Of a stretch of 32,000 nucleotides of DNA, positions 22,995-31,586 are shown one piece after another. The stretch is taken from positions 2,490,001-2,522,000 of the forward strand of contig NZ_LN831024.1 in assembly GCF_001457615.1 (NCBI RefSeq). Reading direction: 5' to 3'. Under the pieces are notes generated by a model. The model searched no databases, had not been told where the DNA came from, and was given only the letters and a program-made list of their open reading frames with translations. How positions within the stretch are numbered: the stretch's first letter is position 1; each line of letters opens with the position of its first letter. This DNA comes from Pseudomonas aeruginosa (GTDB taxonomy: Bacteria > Pseudomonadota > Gammaproteobacteria > Pseudomonadales > Pseudomonadaceae). A program made the translations under genes and the position numbers.

Positions 22995-23672
22995 TCACAC
23001 TTCGTCGGGGCTGCGCAGGTTGGTCACCTGGATGCGCTGCTCGCGTTTCAGGTCTTTCTGGGCCGGCATTTCGGCGCGGTAGACCCCCTGGTCGCCAACG
23101 ACCCAGGACAGCGGGCGGCGCTCCTGGCCGATGGATTCCTGCAACAGCATCAGGCCTTGCAGGAACGCCTCCGGACGGGGCGGGCAGCCGGGGATGTAGA
23201 CGTCCACGGGGAGGAACTTGTCGACCCCCTGGACCACCGAATAGATGTCGTACATGCCGCCGGAATTGGCGCACGAGCCCATGGAGATGACCCACTTGGG
23301 TTCGAGCATCTGCTCGTAGAGGCGCTGGATGACCGGGGCCATCTTGATGAAGCAGGTGCCGGCGATGACCATGAAGTCGGCCTGGCGCGGCGACGCCCGG
23401 ATCACTTCGGCGCCGAAGCGGGCGATATCGTGCGGCGCGGTGAAGGCGGTGGTCATCTCCACGTAGCAGCACGACAGCCCGAAGTTATAGGGCCAGAGCG
23501 AGTTCTTGCGACCCCAGTTGACGGTGGAGTTCAGCACATCCTCGAGCTTGCCCATGAAGATGTTCTTGTGAACCTGGCCCTCGACCAGCGGGTCGGCTAC
23601 GGTTTCCCGTTCGCCTATCGGGTATTGGTCGTTGGCCGCATCGGGATCGATCCGGGTAAGTTTGTATTGCAT
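22995..23672 (-). CDS. nuoB: NADH-quinone oxidoreductase subunit B
   Basis: 225 aa from ATG 23672; [51 protein letters not shown]. Confidence 0.97.
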
Positions 23673-23682
23673 CGCCAAAGCC

Positions 23683-24096
23683 TCATTGTTTTAGCTTCGC
23701 CTGCCGCTTGCGACGGCTTTCGGGAGCCCAATCGAGCGCACCGATCCGCCAAAGATAGACAAGACCCGCCAACAGAATTGCTATGAAAATGGTTGCCTCG
23801 ATCAGGCCGGCCCAGCCGCTTTCGCGAACCGACACCGACCAGGCGAAGAGGAAGAGGGCTTCGACGTCGAAGATCACGAAGAGCATCGCGACCAGATAGA
23901 ATTTTGCCGAGAGACGCAGGCGTGCGCCTCCGGTGGGGACGATCCCGGATTCGAAGGGTTCGTTCTTGCTGCGACCAAATGCCTTGCTGCCAAGCAGGGA
24001 CGAAACCCCTAGCATGAAGGCGAGAAGGCCAACGACCCCTAGAAGGAAGGCAGCGAATCCCCAGTGATGAGCTGCAAGTTCAGCTGGGTTTGGCAT
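23683..24096 (-). CDS. nuoA: NADH-quinone oxidoreductase subunit A
   Basis: 137 aa from ATG 24096 preceded by AAGGAG; [43 protein letters not shown]. The 24231 start in the ORF track extends into the leader. Confidence 0.96.
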
Positions 24097-24206
24097 GCTG
24101 ATACTCCTTCTGTACCGGATATATAAGATCGTGGGTTCTGGGCGCAATGCCCGACTTCTTGTGCAACCCGCTGCGTAGTGAGCTAAGGGTTGTATGTATC
24201 TTTCCG

Positions 24207-24236
24207 ATTTTATGCCCAAAGCGCCGGACAAGTAAA
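24207..24236 (-). promoter_or_regulatory. Possible sigma70-type promoter for the nuo operon
   Basis: Minus strand TTTACT - 18 nt - TAAAAT, about 110 nt upstream of the nuoA ATG, inside an AT-rich segment. Confidence 0.4.
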
Positions 24237-24391
24237 TTTTTCTAACACAAACAGACGCTTCTCTGCTTTTTCCAGCGCTTTGGTTAATCCCCGAAACCCT
24301 CGTGAATGCTGTCTTTGCGAGAAATGGCGCGGCCTGGCTGGCTTTTGGTCGTATTGCCGCGAAGCGTGGTGGAGGGCTCTTTGCAAGGCTT

Positions 24392-24414
24392 CAAACGATA
24401 ATGAATATCGTTTG
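24392..24414. repeat. Perfect 9-bp inverted repeat in the non-coding region upstream of nuoA
   Basis: CAAACGATA-ATGAA-TATCGTTTG. Confidence 0.7.
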
Positions 24415-24695
24415 CAATGTCGCATCCGTATAACTTCGCTACATATATTCTTCGCCGCGTTACTATTGTTTACCCTTTTATTGGTAATTACTCTCGCCCA
24501 ATCCGTTATTGCATTAAACCGGGAATATTCTCCGGGCCGGGCGCATGGCGGTTTTTCTTCTTTCCGCACCATGGCAACCCGGCTGCGGCGCCGCCTGGGG
24601 CTGCGCCCGCGGTTCTTCGTGACGGATGCGAAGGCGCTGGGCAAGGTTTGCGGCGGTTCGCGTCGCAGCGTAGATGTAGTCGCTCCGGAGGTGCG

Positions 24696-25211
24696 CTACC
24701 TGGGGGCTGCGGTAGCGACCCGGGGTTTCTTGCCGACCCAGGCCCAGACCATTTCGCAGGCGATCGGCTGGTTGCCGTTCTCGTCGCTGACCAACACCGC
24801 CACGCGGACCTCGCCCTTGTCCTGTTGCCGGATCTGCTCGATCTGTCCGGCCTCCAGCGTCGCGATGGCGGTCAGGTCGCCCTGGGCGCGCTTGAGATAG
24901 TCGATCTTCATGGTCTTGATCAGCGGCAGCTTGTCGTCCGGTACGTTCATTCCGACCAGGAAGCCGCTGGCCGACTCGGCGAGCAAGGCCATCGCCGCGG
25001 CATGGATACCTTTTATGTGGTTCTGCACCGGCCGACGGTTCTTCAGGCTGAGGATGGCGCGCTCCTGCCCCAGTTCATGGATGCGCACCCTCGCCGTGCC
25101 GGCGAAGCGCACCTGGGAGCCCAGCAGCAGCGTCAGGCTGCGGCTGCGCAGGCGGCGGGGGAGGAGGTTGATGGCGCCGACGGCGCGGCTGAGACGATTG
25201 CGCTTGGGCAT
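24696..25211 (-). CDS. DUF4442/PaaI-like hotdog-fold (putative thioesterase) protein
   Basis: MPKRNRLSRAVGAINLLPRRLRSRSLTLLLGSQVRFAGTARVRIHELGQERAILSLKNRRPVQNHIKGIHAAAMALLAESASG; RBS GGAAGGA before ATG 25211. Confidence 0.75.
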   Translation of the reverse strand: MPKRNRLSRAVGAINLLPRRLRSRSLTLLLGSQVRFAGTARVRIHELGQERAILSLKNRRPVQNHIKGIHAAAMALLAESASGFLVGMNVPDDKLPLIKTMKIDYLKRAQGDLTAIATLEAGQIEQIRQQDKGEVRVAVLVSDENGNQPIACEMVWAWVGKKPRVATAAPR

Positions 25212-25328
25212 GCTGGCGTCCTTCCATAGAGAGGGGAGCCTGCATTCCACCCGCTTTGCCCGGGCTTGCCCACGGCTGTAGCGGCGACCTGCGCCGGCAT
25301 TCCGGCCAACGCAGGTCGTCGTGGCGCG

Positions 25329-27347
25329 TCAGAGCAGGCGTCGGCCGTCTTCGCGGGTGATCACCACGGTGGCCGAGCGTGGCCGGCGGCCCGGCCCGTC
25401 CGGCCAGGTGCTGAGGAGGTTATCGGCGGTCGAACCTTCCCCCGGGTGCTGGATGTTGATGAACAGCGTACGGAAGTCCGGCGTCGCGGCAATGCCGGTC
25501 ACCTCGCAACCCAGCGGACCGGTGAGGAAGCGCTTCAGTTCGCCGGTGCGCGGGTCGGCCACCAGCATCTGGTTGTTGCCGAACGGGCCGCTGCTCAACT
25601 GGCTGCCGCTCATGTCGGTCTGGATCCACAGGCGGCCTTCCGGGTCGAACCAGAGGCCGTCGGGGCTGGCCAGGATATTGTCCTGGTTCAGCGGCTTGCC
25701 GTCCGGGCCGCGGCTGTCTTCGCCGGGACCGGCGAGCATGAACAGGTCCCAGGTGAAGCGTTGCCCGGCATAGTCGCGGCTGCGTTCGCGCCAGCGGATG
25801 ATATGGCCGTAGGCGTTCTTCACCCGTGGGTTGGCCGCGTCGGCGACGGTGCGCGACGTGTTGTTGGTGAGGGTGAAGTAGACGTCACCGTTGTCCGGGT
25901 TGACCGCGCCCCACTCCGGGCGATCCATCTTGGTCGCGCCGAGGACATCGGCGGCCAGGCGGGTGTTGATCAGCACTTCGCCCTGGTCGGCGAAGCTCAC
26001 CCCGGCCTTGCGACAGGCCGCGCGGAAGTTGCCGTCGGCGATGTCCAGCGGCAGCCACTGGCCGCTGCCATCGGCGTTGAAGCGGGCGACGTAGAGGGTG
26101 CCTTCGTCGAGCAGGCGAGTGTTGCTGCGACCCGGACGGAACTTGTCGCGGCTGACGTACTTGTAGATGTATTCGTTCTGCGAGTCGTCGCCGGAGTAGC
26201 AGACTACCTGGCGGCCCGGCTTGACCGGGGCGAAGACCAGGCCTTCGTGGGCGAAGCGGCCGAGAGCGGTGCGCTTGACCGGCACCGATTGCGGGTCGAA
26301 CGGGTCGATCTCGACGATCCAGCCGAAGTTGTTCGGTTCGTTGCGGTAGTCGTCCTGGGCCTGTTTGCCCTTGCGGGTGGCGTCGAAGCGTTCGAACTCG
26401 TCGCCCGCCAGGGTTTCCCAGCCGAAACGGCTGGTGTTGCGAATGCCGTAGCGGGTCAGTTCGCGCGGCAGTTCGCTGTCCTGGGTGGAGAAATAGCCGA
26501 CCCAGTTCTCCTCGCAGGTGAGGTAGGTGCCCCAGGGGGTGAAACCGTTGGAACAGTTGTTATGGGTGCCGCGGGTGCGGGTGCCGTCCGGACTGTGGCG
26601 GGTGCGCAGCAGTTCGTGGCCGCGCGCCGGGCCGGCGATACGCATCGGCGTGGCGGCGGTGATCCGGCGATTTCGTTGCGACGGCACGACATTCCACTCG
26701 CCACGCACGTTGCGACGGATCTCCACGACGGAAACGCCATGGGCGTTGATTTCCTTGCGCACTTCATCGGCGACGGTGCGCTTGCCATCGACCACGGTCG
26801 GGCCATTGGTGTGCAGCAGCGGCGCGTCGATGTATTCATGGTTGAGCACCAGCAGGCCATGGTTGCTGATGTGTCCGCCGCCGAAGCCGAACTGCGCGTC
26901 GATCGGGAAGAAGTGCATGCCGTCGTGGTGCATGCCGATCTGTTCGGCCTGGTCCTGGGCGCTGTTGCTGGCGTCGTCGAGGAAGCCCGGATAACTGCCG
27001 CTGATCGGGGTGCCCCAGGGTATGAAGGGCGTCGCCTTGTAGCCGGCGGGCACCCGGATGGTATCGGCACGGCCGCTGGCGATGGCTTCGAAGGGCAAGC
27101 GGTTGCGGCGTTTGAAAGGCAAGCCGCGCAGGCCTTCCGCGGCGGGCACCTGCGCTTCGGCGGGAGCGGCGCTGGCGGGGAGCGCGACGCCGAGGAAGGC
27201 GAGGGCGCCGAGCGCCGCGCCGCCGGCCAGGACCTGGCGGCGGCCGAGGCCGGCGATCAGGTCGTTCATGTGCGGGTTGTTCGAATGGTTGCTGGGCAAC
27301 TCGTCGCCATCACCGAACAGGATGGCATCTTTTTTCTCCAGGCTCAC
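25329..27347 (-). CDS. PhoX/DUF839-family protein, Tat-exported, phosphatase-like
   Basis: 672 aa; twin-arginine segment GLGRRQVLAGGAALGALAFLGVALPASAAPA; body with NCSNGFTPWGTYLTCEENWVGYF, VEIDPFDPQSVPVKRTALGRFAHEG, SPDGLWFDPEGRLWIQTDMSG. Confidence 0.87.
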   Translation of the reverse strand: MSLEKKDAILFGDGDELPSNHSNNPHMNDLIAGLGRRQVLAGGAALGALAFLGVALPASAAPAEAQVPAAEGLRGLPFKRRNRLPFEAIASGRADTIRVPAGYKATPFIPWGTPISGSYPGFLDDASNSAQDQAEQIGMHHDGMHFFPIDAQFGFGGGHISNHGLLVLNHEYIDAPLLHTNGPTVVDGKRTVADEVRKEINAHGVSVVEIRRNVRGEWNVVPSQRNRRITAATPMRIAGPARGHELLRTRHSPDGTRTRGTHNNCSNGFTPWGTYLTCEENWVGYFSTQDSELPRELTRYGIRNTSRFGWETLAGDEFERFDATRKGKQAQDDYRNEPNNFGWIVEIDPFDPQSVPVKRTALGRFAHEGLVFAPVKPGRQVVCYSGDDSQNEYIYKYVSRDKFRPGRSNTRLLDEGTLYVARFNADGSGQWLPLDIADGNFRAACRKAGVSFADQGEVLINTRLAADVLGATKMDRPEWGAVNPDNGDVYFTLTNNTSRTVADAANPRVKNAYGHIIRWRERSRDYAGQRFTWDLFMLAGPGEDSRGPDGKPLNQDNILASPDGLWFDPEGRLWIQTDMSGSQLSSGPFGNNQMLVADPRTGELKRFLTGPLGCEVTGIAATPDFRTLFINIQHPGEGSTADNLLSTWPDGPGRRPRSATVVITREDGRRLL

Positions 27348-27450
27348 GGACGTGCTCCTTGTGGGCTGATCGACGGAGCATTGACGCTAACCGCTGAAAG
27401 CGACGGGACGATGACAGGCACTCGAGGCCTTTTGCCATGATCCGGAAATG

Positions 27451-27477
27451 AAAAACCCCGGCCGGAGCCGGGGTTTT
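27451..27477 (-). terminator. Intrinsic terminator downstream of aceA
   Basis: Minus strand AAAACCCCGGC-TCCG-GCCGGGGTTTTT. Confidence 0.87.
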
Positions 27478-27525
27478 CGCGAGGCGGGCCGGGCAGATCG
27501 TGGCTGCCCGGCTGGCCCCTGTTCC

Positions 27526-29121
27526 TTAGTGGAACTGGTTCATGGTGTTGTCTTTGCCGCTGGCCTTCAGAGCGGCTTCGCCTGCGAAGTACTCTTTATG
27601 GTTGTCGCCGATGTCGGAGCCCGCCATGTTCTGGTGCTTGACGCAGGCGATGCCCTGGCGCAGTTCCTGGCGCTGCACGCCCTTCACGTAGGCCAGCATG
27701 CCTTCGTCGGCGAAGTAGCCCTTGGCCAGGTTGTCGGTGGACAGCGCGGCGGTGTGGTAGGTCGGCAGGGTGATCAGGTGGTGGAAGATGCCGGCGTGGG
27801 CCGAGCCATCGCGCTGGAAGGTGCGGATCTTCTCGTCGGCGACCTTGGCCAGCTCGGTGTCGTCGTACTCGACGCTCATCAGCTTGTTGCGGTCGTAGGC
27901 GGAAACGTCCTTGCCTTCGGCGACGAACGCATCGAACACCTGCTGGCGGAAGTTCAGGGTCCAGTTGAAGGACGGGCTGTTGTTGTAGACCAGCTTGGCG
28001 TTCGGAATCACTTCGCGGATGCGATCGACCATTGCCTTGATCTGGCCGACGTGCGGCTTCTCGGTTTCGATCCAGAGCAGGTCGGCGCCGTTCTGCAGCG
28101 AGGTGATGCAGTCCAGGACGCAGCGATCTTCGCCGGTGCCCTTGCGGAACTGGAACAGGTTGGAAGCCAGGCGCTTCGGACGCAGCAGCTTGCCTTCGCG
28201 CTTGATCACGACGTCGCCGTTGCCCAGCTCGGCCTCGGAGATTTCTTCGCAATCCAGGAAGGAGTTGTACAGGTCGCCCAGGTCGCCCGGCTCGTTGGTC
28301 ACGGCGATCTGCTTGGTCAGGCCGGCGCCCAGGGAGTCGGTACGGGCGACGATCACGCCATCGTCCACGCCCAGCTCGAGGAAGGCGTAGCGTACGGCAT
28401 TGATCTTGGCGAGGAAGTCGATGTGCGGAACGGTGACCTTGCCGTCCTGGTGGCCGCACTGCTTCTCGTCGGACACCTGGTTCTCGATCTGGATGCAGCA
28501 GGCGCCGGCTTCGATCATCTTCTTGGCCAGCAGGTAGGTCGCCTCGGCGTTGCCGAAGCCGGCGTCGATGTCGGCGATGATCGGCACCACGTGGGTTTCG
28601 AAGTTGTCGATCTGGGCCAGCAGCTCGGCTTCCTTGGCCTTGTCGCCAGCGGCGCGGGCAGCGTCCAGGCCGGTGAACAGCAGGTCCAGCTCGCGGGCGT
28701 CAGCCTGGCGCAGGAAGGTGTACAGCTCTTCGATCAGGCCGGAAACCGCGGTTTTCTCGTGCATGGACTGGTCCGGCAGCGGGCCGAAGTCGGAGCGCAG
28801 CGCGGCGACCATCCAACCGGACAGGTAGAGGTAGCGCTTGTTGGTGGTCTTCAGGTGCTTCTTGATCGAGATCAGCTTCTGCTGCCCGATGAAGCCGTGC
28901 CAGCAACCCAGCGACTGGGTGTAGACGGAGGAGTCCGCATCGTATTCGGCCATGTCCTTGCGCATGATGGCCGCGGTGTACTTGGCGATATCCAGGCCGG
29001 TCTTGAAGCGGTTCTGGATACGCATGCGAGCTGCGTACTCGGGGTTGATCGCGCTCCAGCTGCTGCCGTTCTTCTCTTTCAGCGCGGCAACTGCCTTGAT
29101 CTCGTTCTGATATGCGGACAT
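27526..29121 (-). CDS. aceA: Isocitrate lyase
   Basis: 531 aa from ATG 29121 (MSAYQNEIKAVAALKEKNGSSWSAINPEYAARMR...); contains the ICL catalytic segment SDEKQCGHQDGKVTVP (KxCGH). The 29301 start would use upstream leader sequence. Confidence 0.97.
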   Translation of the reverse strand: MSAYQNEIKAVAALKEKNGSSWSAINPEYAARMRIQNRFKTGLDIAKYTAAIMRKDMAEYDADSSVYTQSLGCWHGFIGQQKLISIKKHLKTTNKRYLYLSGWMVAALRSDFGPLPDQSMHEKTAVSGLIEELYTFLRQADARELDLLFTGLDAARAAGDKAKEAELLAQIDNFETHVVPIIADIDAGFGNAEATYLLAKKMIEAGACCIQIENQVSDEKQCGHQDGKVTVPHIDFLAKINAVRYAFLELGVDDGVIVARTDSLGAGLTKQIAVTNEPGDLGDLYNSFLDCEEISEAELGNGDVVIKREGKLLRPKRLASNLFQFRKGTGEDRCVLDCITSLQNGADLLWIETEKPHVGQIKAMVDRIREVIPNAKLVYNNSPSFNWTLNFRQQVFDAFVAEGKDVSAYDRNKLMSVEYDDTELAKVADEKIRTFQRDGSAHAGIFHHLITLPTYHTAALSTDNLAKGYFADEGMLAYVKGVQRQELRQGIACVKHQNMAGSDIGDNHKEYFAGEAALKASGKDNTMNQFH

Positions 29122-29520
29122 GGTCAATCCTTCAAGAAATGTATTGGTTGAGCACCGACTGACCCACTCAAAACCTGCTGGTGAAGGTTGTCTTGCGGGT
29201 GGCTCACCGCTGCATGGCGAGAGAATGACCGTGGCGAAGAATGACGCCGAGGAGGGGGTGGAGACGAACAGTTCGCGGACCGTGCTTCTCGACTGGATCA
29301 AGTGCCGTTCGGCTCGTGGTTGCCGGTGGGCGACTCGCTGTCGAGTCTTTCGATCTGGCTGATACGTAAACGCTTCCCCGTCCCTCAGGACAACTTCGTT
29401 CCAGTCGCAATCTCGTCAAGCCGCCTTGTGGGCAGATCAACACGGTGGAGGCCGAGGGCGTATCGGCGCAGGCACCGGGAGCTCGTCGTTTCAGAGCCCC
29501 TGATTAGCGGGAGCGGGGCC

Positions 29521-29549
29521 ATCATGCTCTGGAAAAAATCCGTCGTCAA
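29521..29549 (-). promoter_or_regulatory. Candidate sigma70-like promoter for aceA
   Basis: Minus strand TTGACG - 17 nt - CATGAT; first plausible element upstream, directly adjacent to the palindrome at 29556-29581. Confidence 0.4.
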
Positions 29550-29555
29550 ACGTTT

Positions 29556-29581
29556 TGTAGTGTTTTTTCAAGACTACTACA
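29556..29581. promoter_or_regulatory. Palindromic candidate operator, TGTAGT-N14-ACTACA
   Basis: Sequence TGTAGTGTTTTTTCAAGACTACTACA, with perfect 6-bp arms, in the aceA upstream region; resembles palindromes described for the RpiR-family regulator RccR (recalled, spacing not verified). Confidence 0.5.
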
Positions 29582-29715
29582 CGAAGGTCTAAGAGTGACC
29601 GGATGGTCTTGTCTGGTCGAGATGTTTCCGTTTGCATCGAAAATGCCCGCAAAAGCCCGCGCCCCGCGGCTTTGCCGGAGCGGGAGGCAATTCGCGCTGG
29701 AAAGAGCGCCGTCGG

Positions 29716-30537
29716 TCAGTCGAGGGTTTCGACTTTCAGGCGCAGGCTGGTGTCGTCGCGTCCCTGGGTCGAGTAGCGACGCACGAAGCCGTGCTGGTCG
29801 GCCTGGTTCTGTTCGCTGACGCCGCCCAGGGTGATCCACTCGCCGAGCTTGCCGCTGACCCGGGTGTCGGTGCTCTGGGTATCGATGACGCCGGGATGGC
29901 TCTGGCTGAGGCGGTCATTGCTGGAACTGATGGTGACGTGCACCAGGTTGCCGGTCAGCGTCGCGGTGACGTAGAAGCCGCGGTTGACGTTGCGGTATTC
30001 GGTCTGGCTGTAGATCTGCCCGTAGGGACCGGTGGCGGTGCTGGTGATGGGGACGCTCTGGCCGACCTGGATCAGCGCCGGGTAGCCCTCGGTGGCCTGG
30101 ACCTGCTGGCTGCCGCCGGAACGGCTGTCGGTGGAGCGACGGATGATGCGGACTCGATCCTTGCCGTTGACCTCGCCGCGGCCGCTCTGGATCTCGATGT
30201 TGCCGGCGCTGGCCGAACCATCCACCGAATAGCCGCGGCTGTCCTGTTGCAGGTTCTCGCTGGTATCCACGGTGATCAGCAGGCGATGCGGGCGCGAGTC
30301 GATCTGCTGCAGGACCGATTGCAACTCGCGGATCTTCGCCGGCTCGGCATTGACGATCAACTGGTTGCCATAGGCGGTGACCTTGCCTTCGCTGCCGATG
30401 ACCGACTGGGCCACCGCCATCACGTCGTCGGCGGTGCGGTAGTTGAGCGGGATCACTTCGGTGCGCGGGGCGGCCGAGGCGCCGAGAACGACTGTCGCCA
30501 ACAGCGAGGAGAGCAGGGTGGTGCGCAACAGGGTCAC
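29716..30537 (-). CDS. Exported protein with secretin N-terminal (N1/NolW-like) domain; no full secretin barrel
   Basis: Signal peptide MTLLRTTLLSSLLATVVLGASA; EVIPLNYRTADDVMAVAQSVIGSEGKVTAYGNQLIVNAEPAKIRELQSVLQQID; short C-terminal RVSGKLGEWITLGGVSEQ segment; 273 aa. Confidence 0.75.
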   Translation of the reverse strand: MTLLRTTLLSSLLATVVLGASAAPRTEVIPLNYRTADDVMAVAQSVIGSEGKVTAYGNQLIVNAEPAKIRELQSVLQQIDSRPHRLLITVDTSENLQQDSRGYSVDGSASAGNIEIQSGRGEVNGKDRVRIIRRSTDSRSGGSQQVQATEGYPALIQVGQSVPITSTATGPYGQIYSQTEYRNVNRGFYVTATLTGNLVHVTISSSNDRLSQSHPGVIDTQSTDTRVSGKLGEWITLGGVSEQNQADQHGFVRRYSTQGRDDTSLRLKVETLD

Positions 30538-31154
30538 AGGAGGAAGCTCCGCAGGTCCGGGTCGGAAAGACTGGTGTCCCAGGCCTGCTCGAAGCGGGCC
30601 TGGAGTTGACGCACCCGCCCGGCGGCACGGTAGCAGGCGTAGCCCGCCGGTTGCGCCGGTTTCGGGCGCAGTAGCAGGCCCTGGTCGTCGGCCAGGAGGA
30701 AGGCGTCGTCCTCTTTAGGGTAGTCCGGGTTGAGCCGGCGGATCAGGCAGTTGCTCGACAGGCGGCGCGAAAGGCTGATCAGGCGGTGGCCGTTGCGCAC
30801 GGCCTGGGCGCTGTCGCCAACGAGGATACGCAGGCGATTGCGTGGATTGGCCAGGAGGAAACGGGTGCAGGCTTCCTGGATGCTGCTGTGGTGATAGAGC
30901 CAGCTTTCCAGGTCGGGACTGTGCAGGCAGAGCGAGCGGCGGGCCTGCTGCAGGAGGGCCAGGGCATGGGCGCGGGCTTCCTGCGGATGCTCGAAGCGCT
31001 CCAGCGGCTCATGTTCGCCGAGGCGGAATGGCGCTGGTTCCCAGCGTTCCGCGGGTGGTGCGGCGCTTGCCGGGTTGCGTACCGCAAAGCGCCCCGGAGA
31101 GCTGAATTCGATGGCCGGCAGGTCAGCCGGCGAGGTCTCCGGGGTGTCGCTCAT
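30534..31154 (-). CDS. Conserved uncharacterised protein (DUF7931-like)
   Basis: 206 aa; starts MSDTPETSPADLPAIEF; 4-bp ATGA overlap with the downstream gene; segment ARRSLCLHSPDLESWLYHHSSIQEACTRFLLANPRNRLRILVGDS. Confidence 0.7.
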   Translation of the reverse strand: MSDTPETSPADLPAIEFSSPGRFAVRNPASAAPPAERWEPAPFRLGEHEPLERFEHPQEARAHALALLQQARRSLCLHSPDLESWLYHHSSIQEACTRFLLANPRNRLRILVGDSAQAVRNGHRLISLSRRLSSNCLIRRLNPDYPKEDDAFLLADDQGLLLRPKPAQPAGYACYRAAGRVRQLQARFEQAWDTSLSDPDLRSFLL

Positions 31155-31160
31155 CGGGCC

Positions 31161-31586
31161 TCAGTCGCTGTCGCGAACCATGTCGACATGGGGCAGGCCG
31201 GCATCGAGGAATTCGCCGCTATCGACCTTGAAGCCCAGTCGCTCGTAGAAGGGAATGGCGTAGACCTGCGCGGTCAGCAGTTGGCGCTTCAGGCCGCGTC
31301 GCTCGGCTTCCTCGATGGCCGCGCGCATCAGCGCGTCGCCTACCTTCAGGCCGCGCCAGTCCTTGAGTACCGAGACCCTGCCGATGTGCCCGTCGCCCAG
31401 CAGGCGCGCGGTGCCGATCGCGTATTCGCCTTCATAGGCGAGAAAATGCACGGCTTCGTCGTCTTCGGCGTCCCACTCCAGTTCCGGCGGAACCGACTGT
31501 TCGGCAATGAAGACCGCTTCGCGGATGCGGCGCAGCTCGGCATTGTCCTTCTGCCAGTCGGCTACGCGTACGCGGATCTTATTCAT
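31161..31586 (-). CDS. GNAT-family N-acetyltransferase (ElaA/YjcF-like)
   Basis: MNKIRVRVADWQKDNAELRRIREAVFIAEQSVPPELEWDAEDDEAVHFLAYEGEYAIGTARLLGDGHIGRVSVLKDWRGLKVGDALMRAAIEEA; overlaps the upstream CDS by 8 bp. Confidence 0.88.
   Translation of the reverse strand: MNKIRVRVADWQKDNAELRRIREAVFIAEQSVPPELEWDAEDDEAVHFLAYEGEYAIGTARLLGDGHIGRVSVLKDWRGLKVGDALMRAAIEEAERRGLKRQLLTAQVYAIPFYERLGFKVDSGEFLDAGLPHVDMVRDSD

Noticed and set aside
24210-24644. 144-aa minus-strand ORF in the gap upstream of nuoA
   Set aside because: It has no recognisable domain, mixes basic low-complexity and leader sequence, and overlaps the likely nuo promoter. Treated as non-coding.
25266-29151. Two long plus-strand ORFs (724 aa and 567 aa) antisense to the PhoX-like gene and aceA
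   Set aside because: Both are mirror frames of well-supported minus-strand genes. Their length reflects codon bias and not independent coding.
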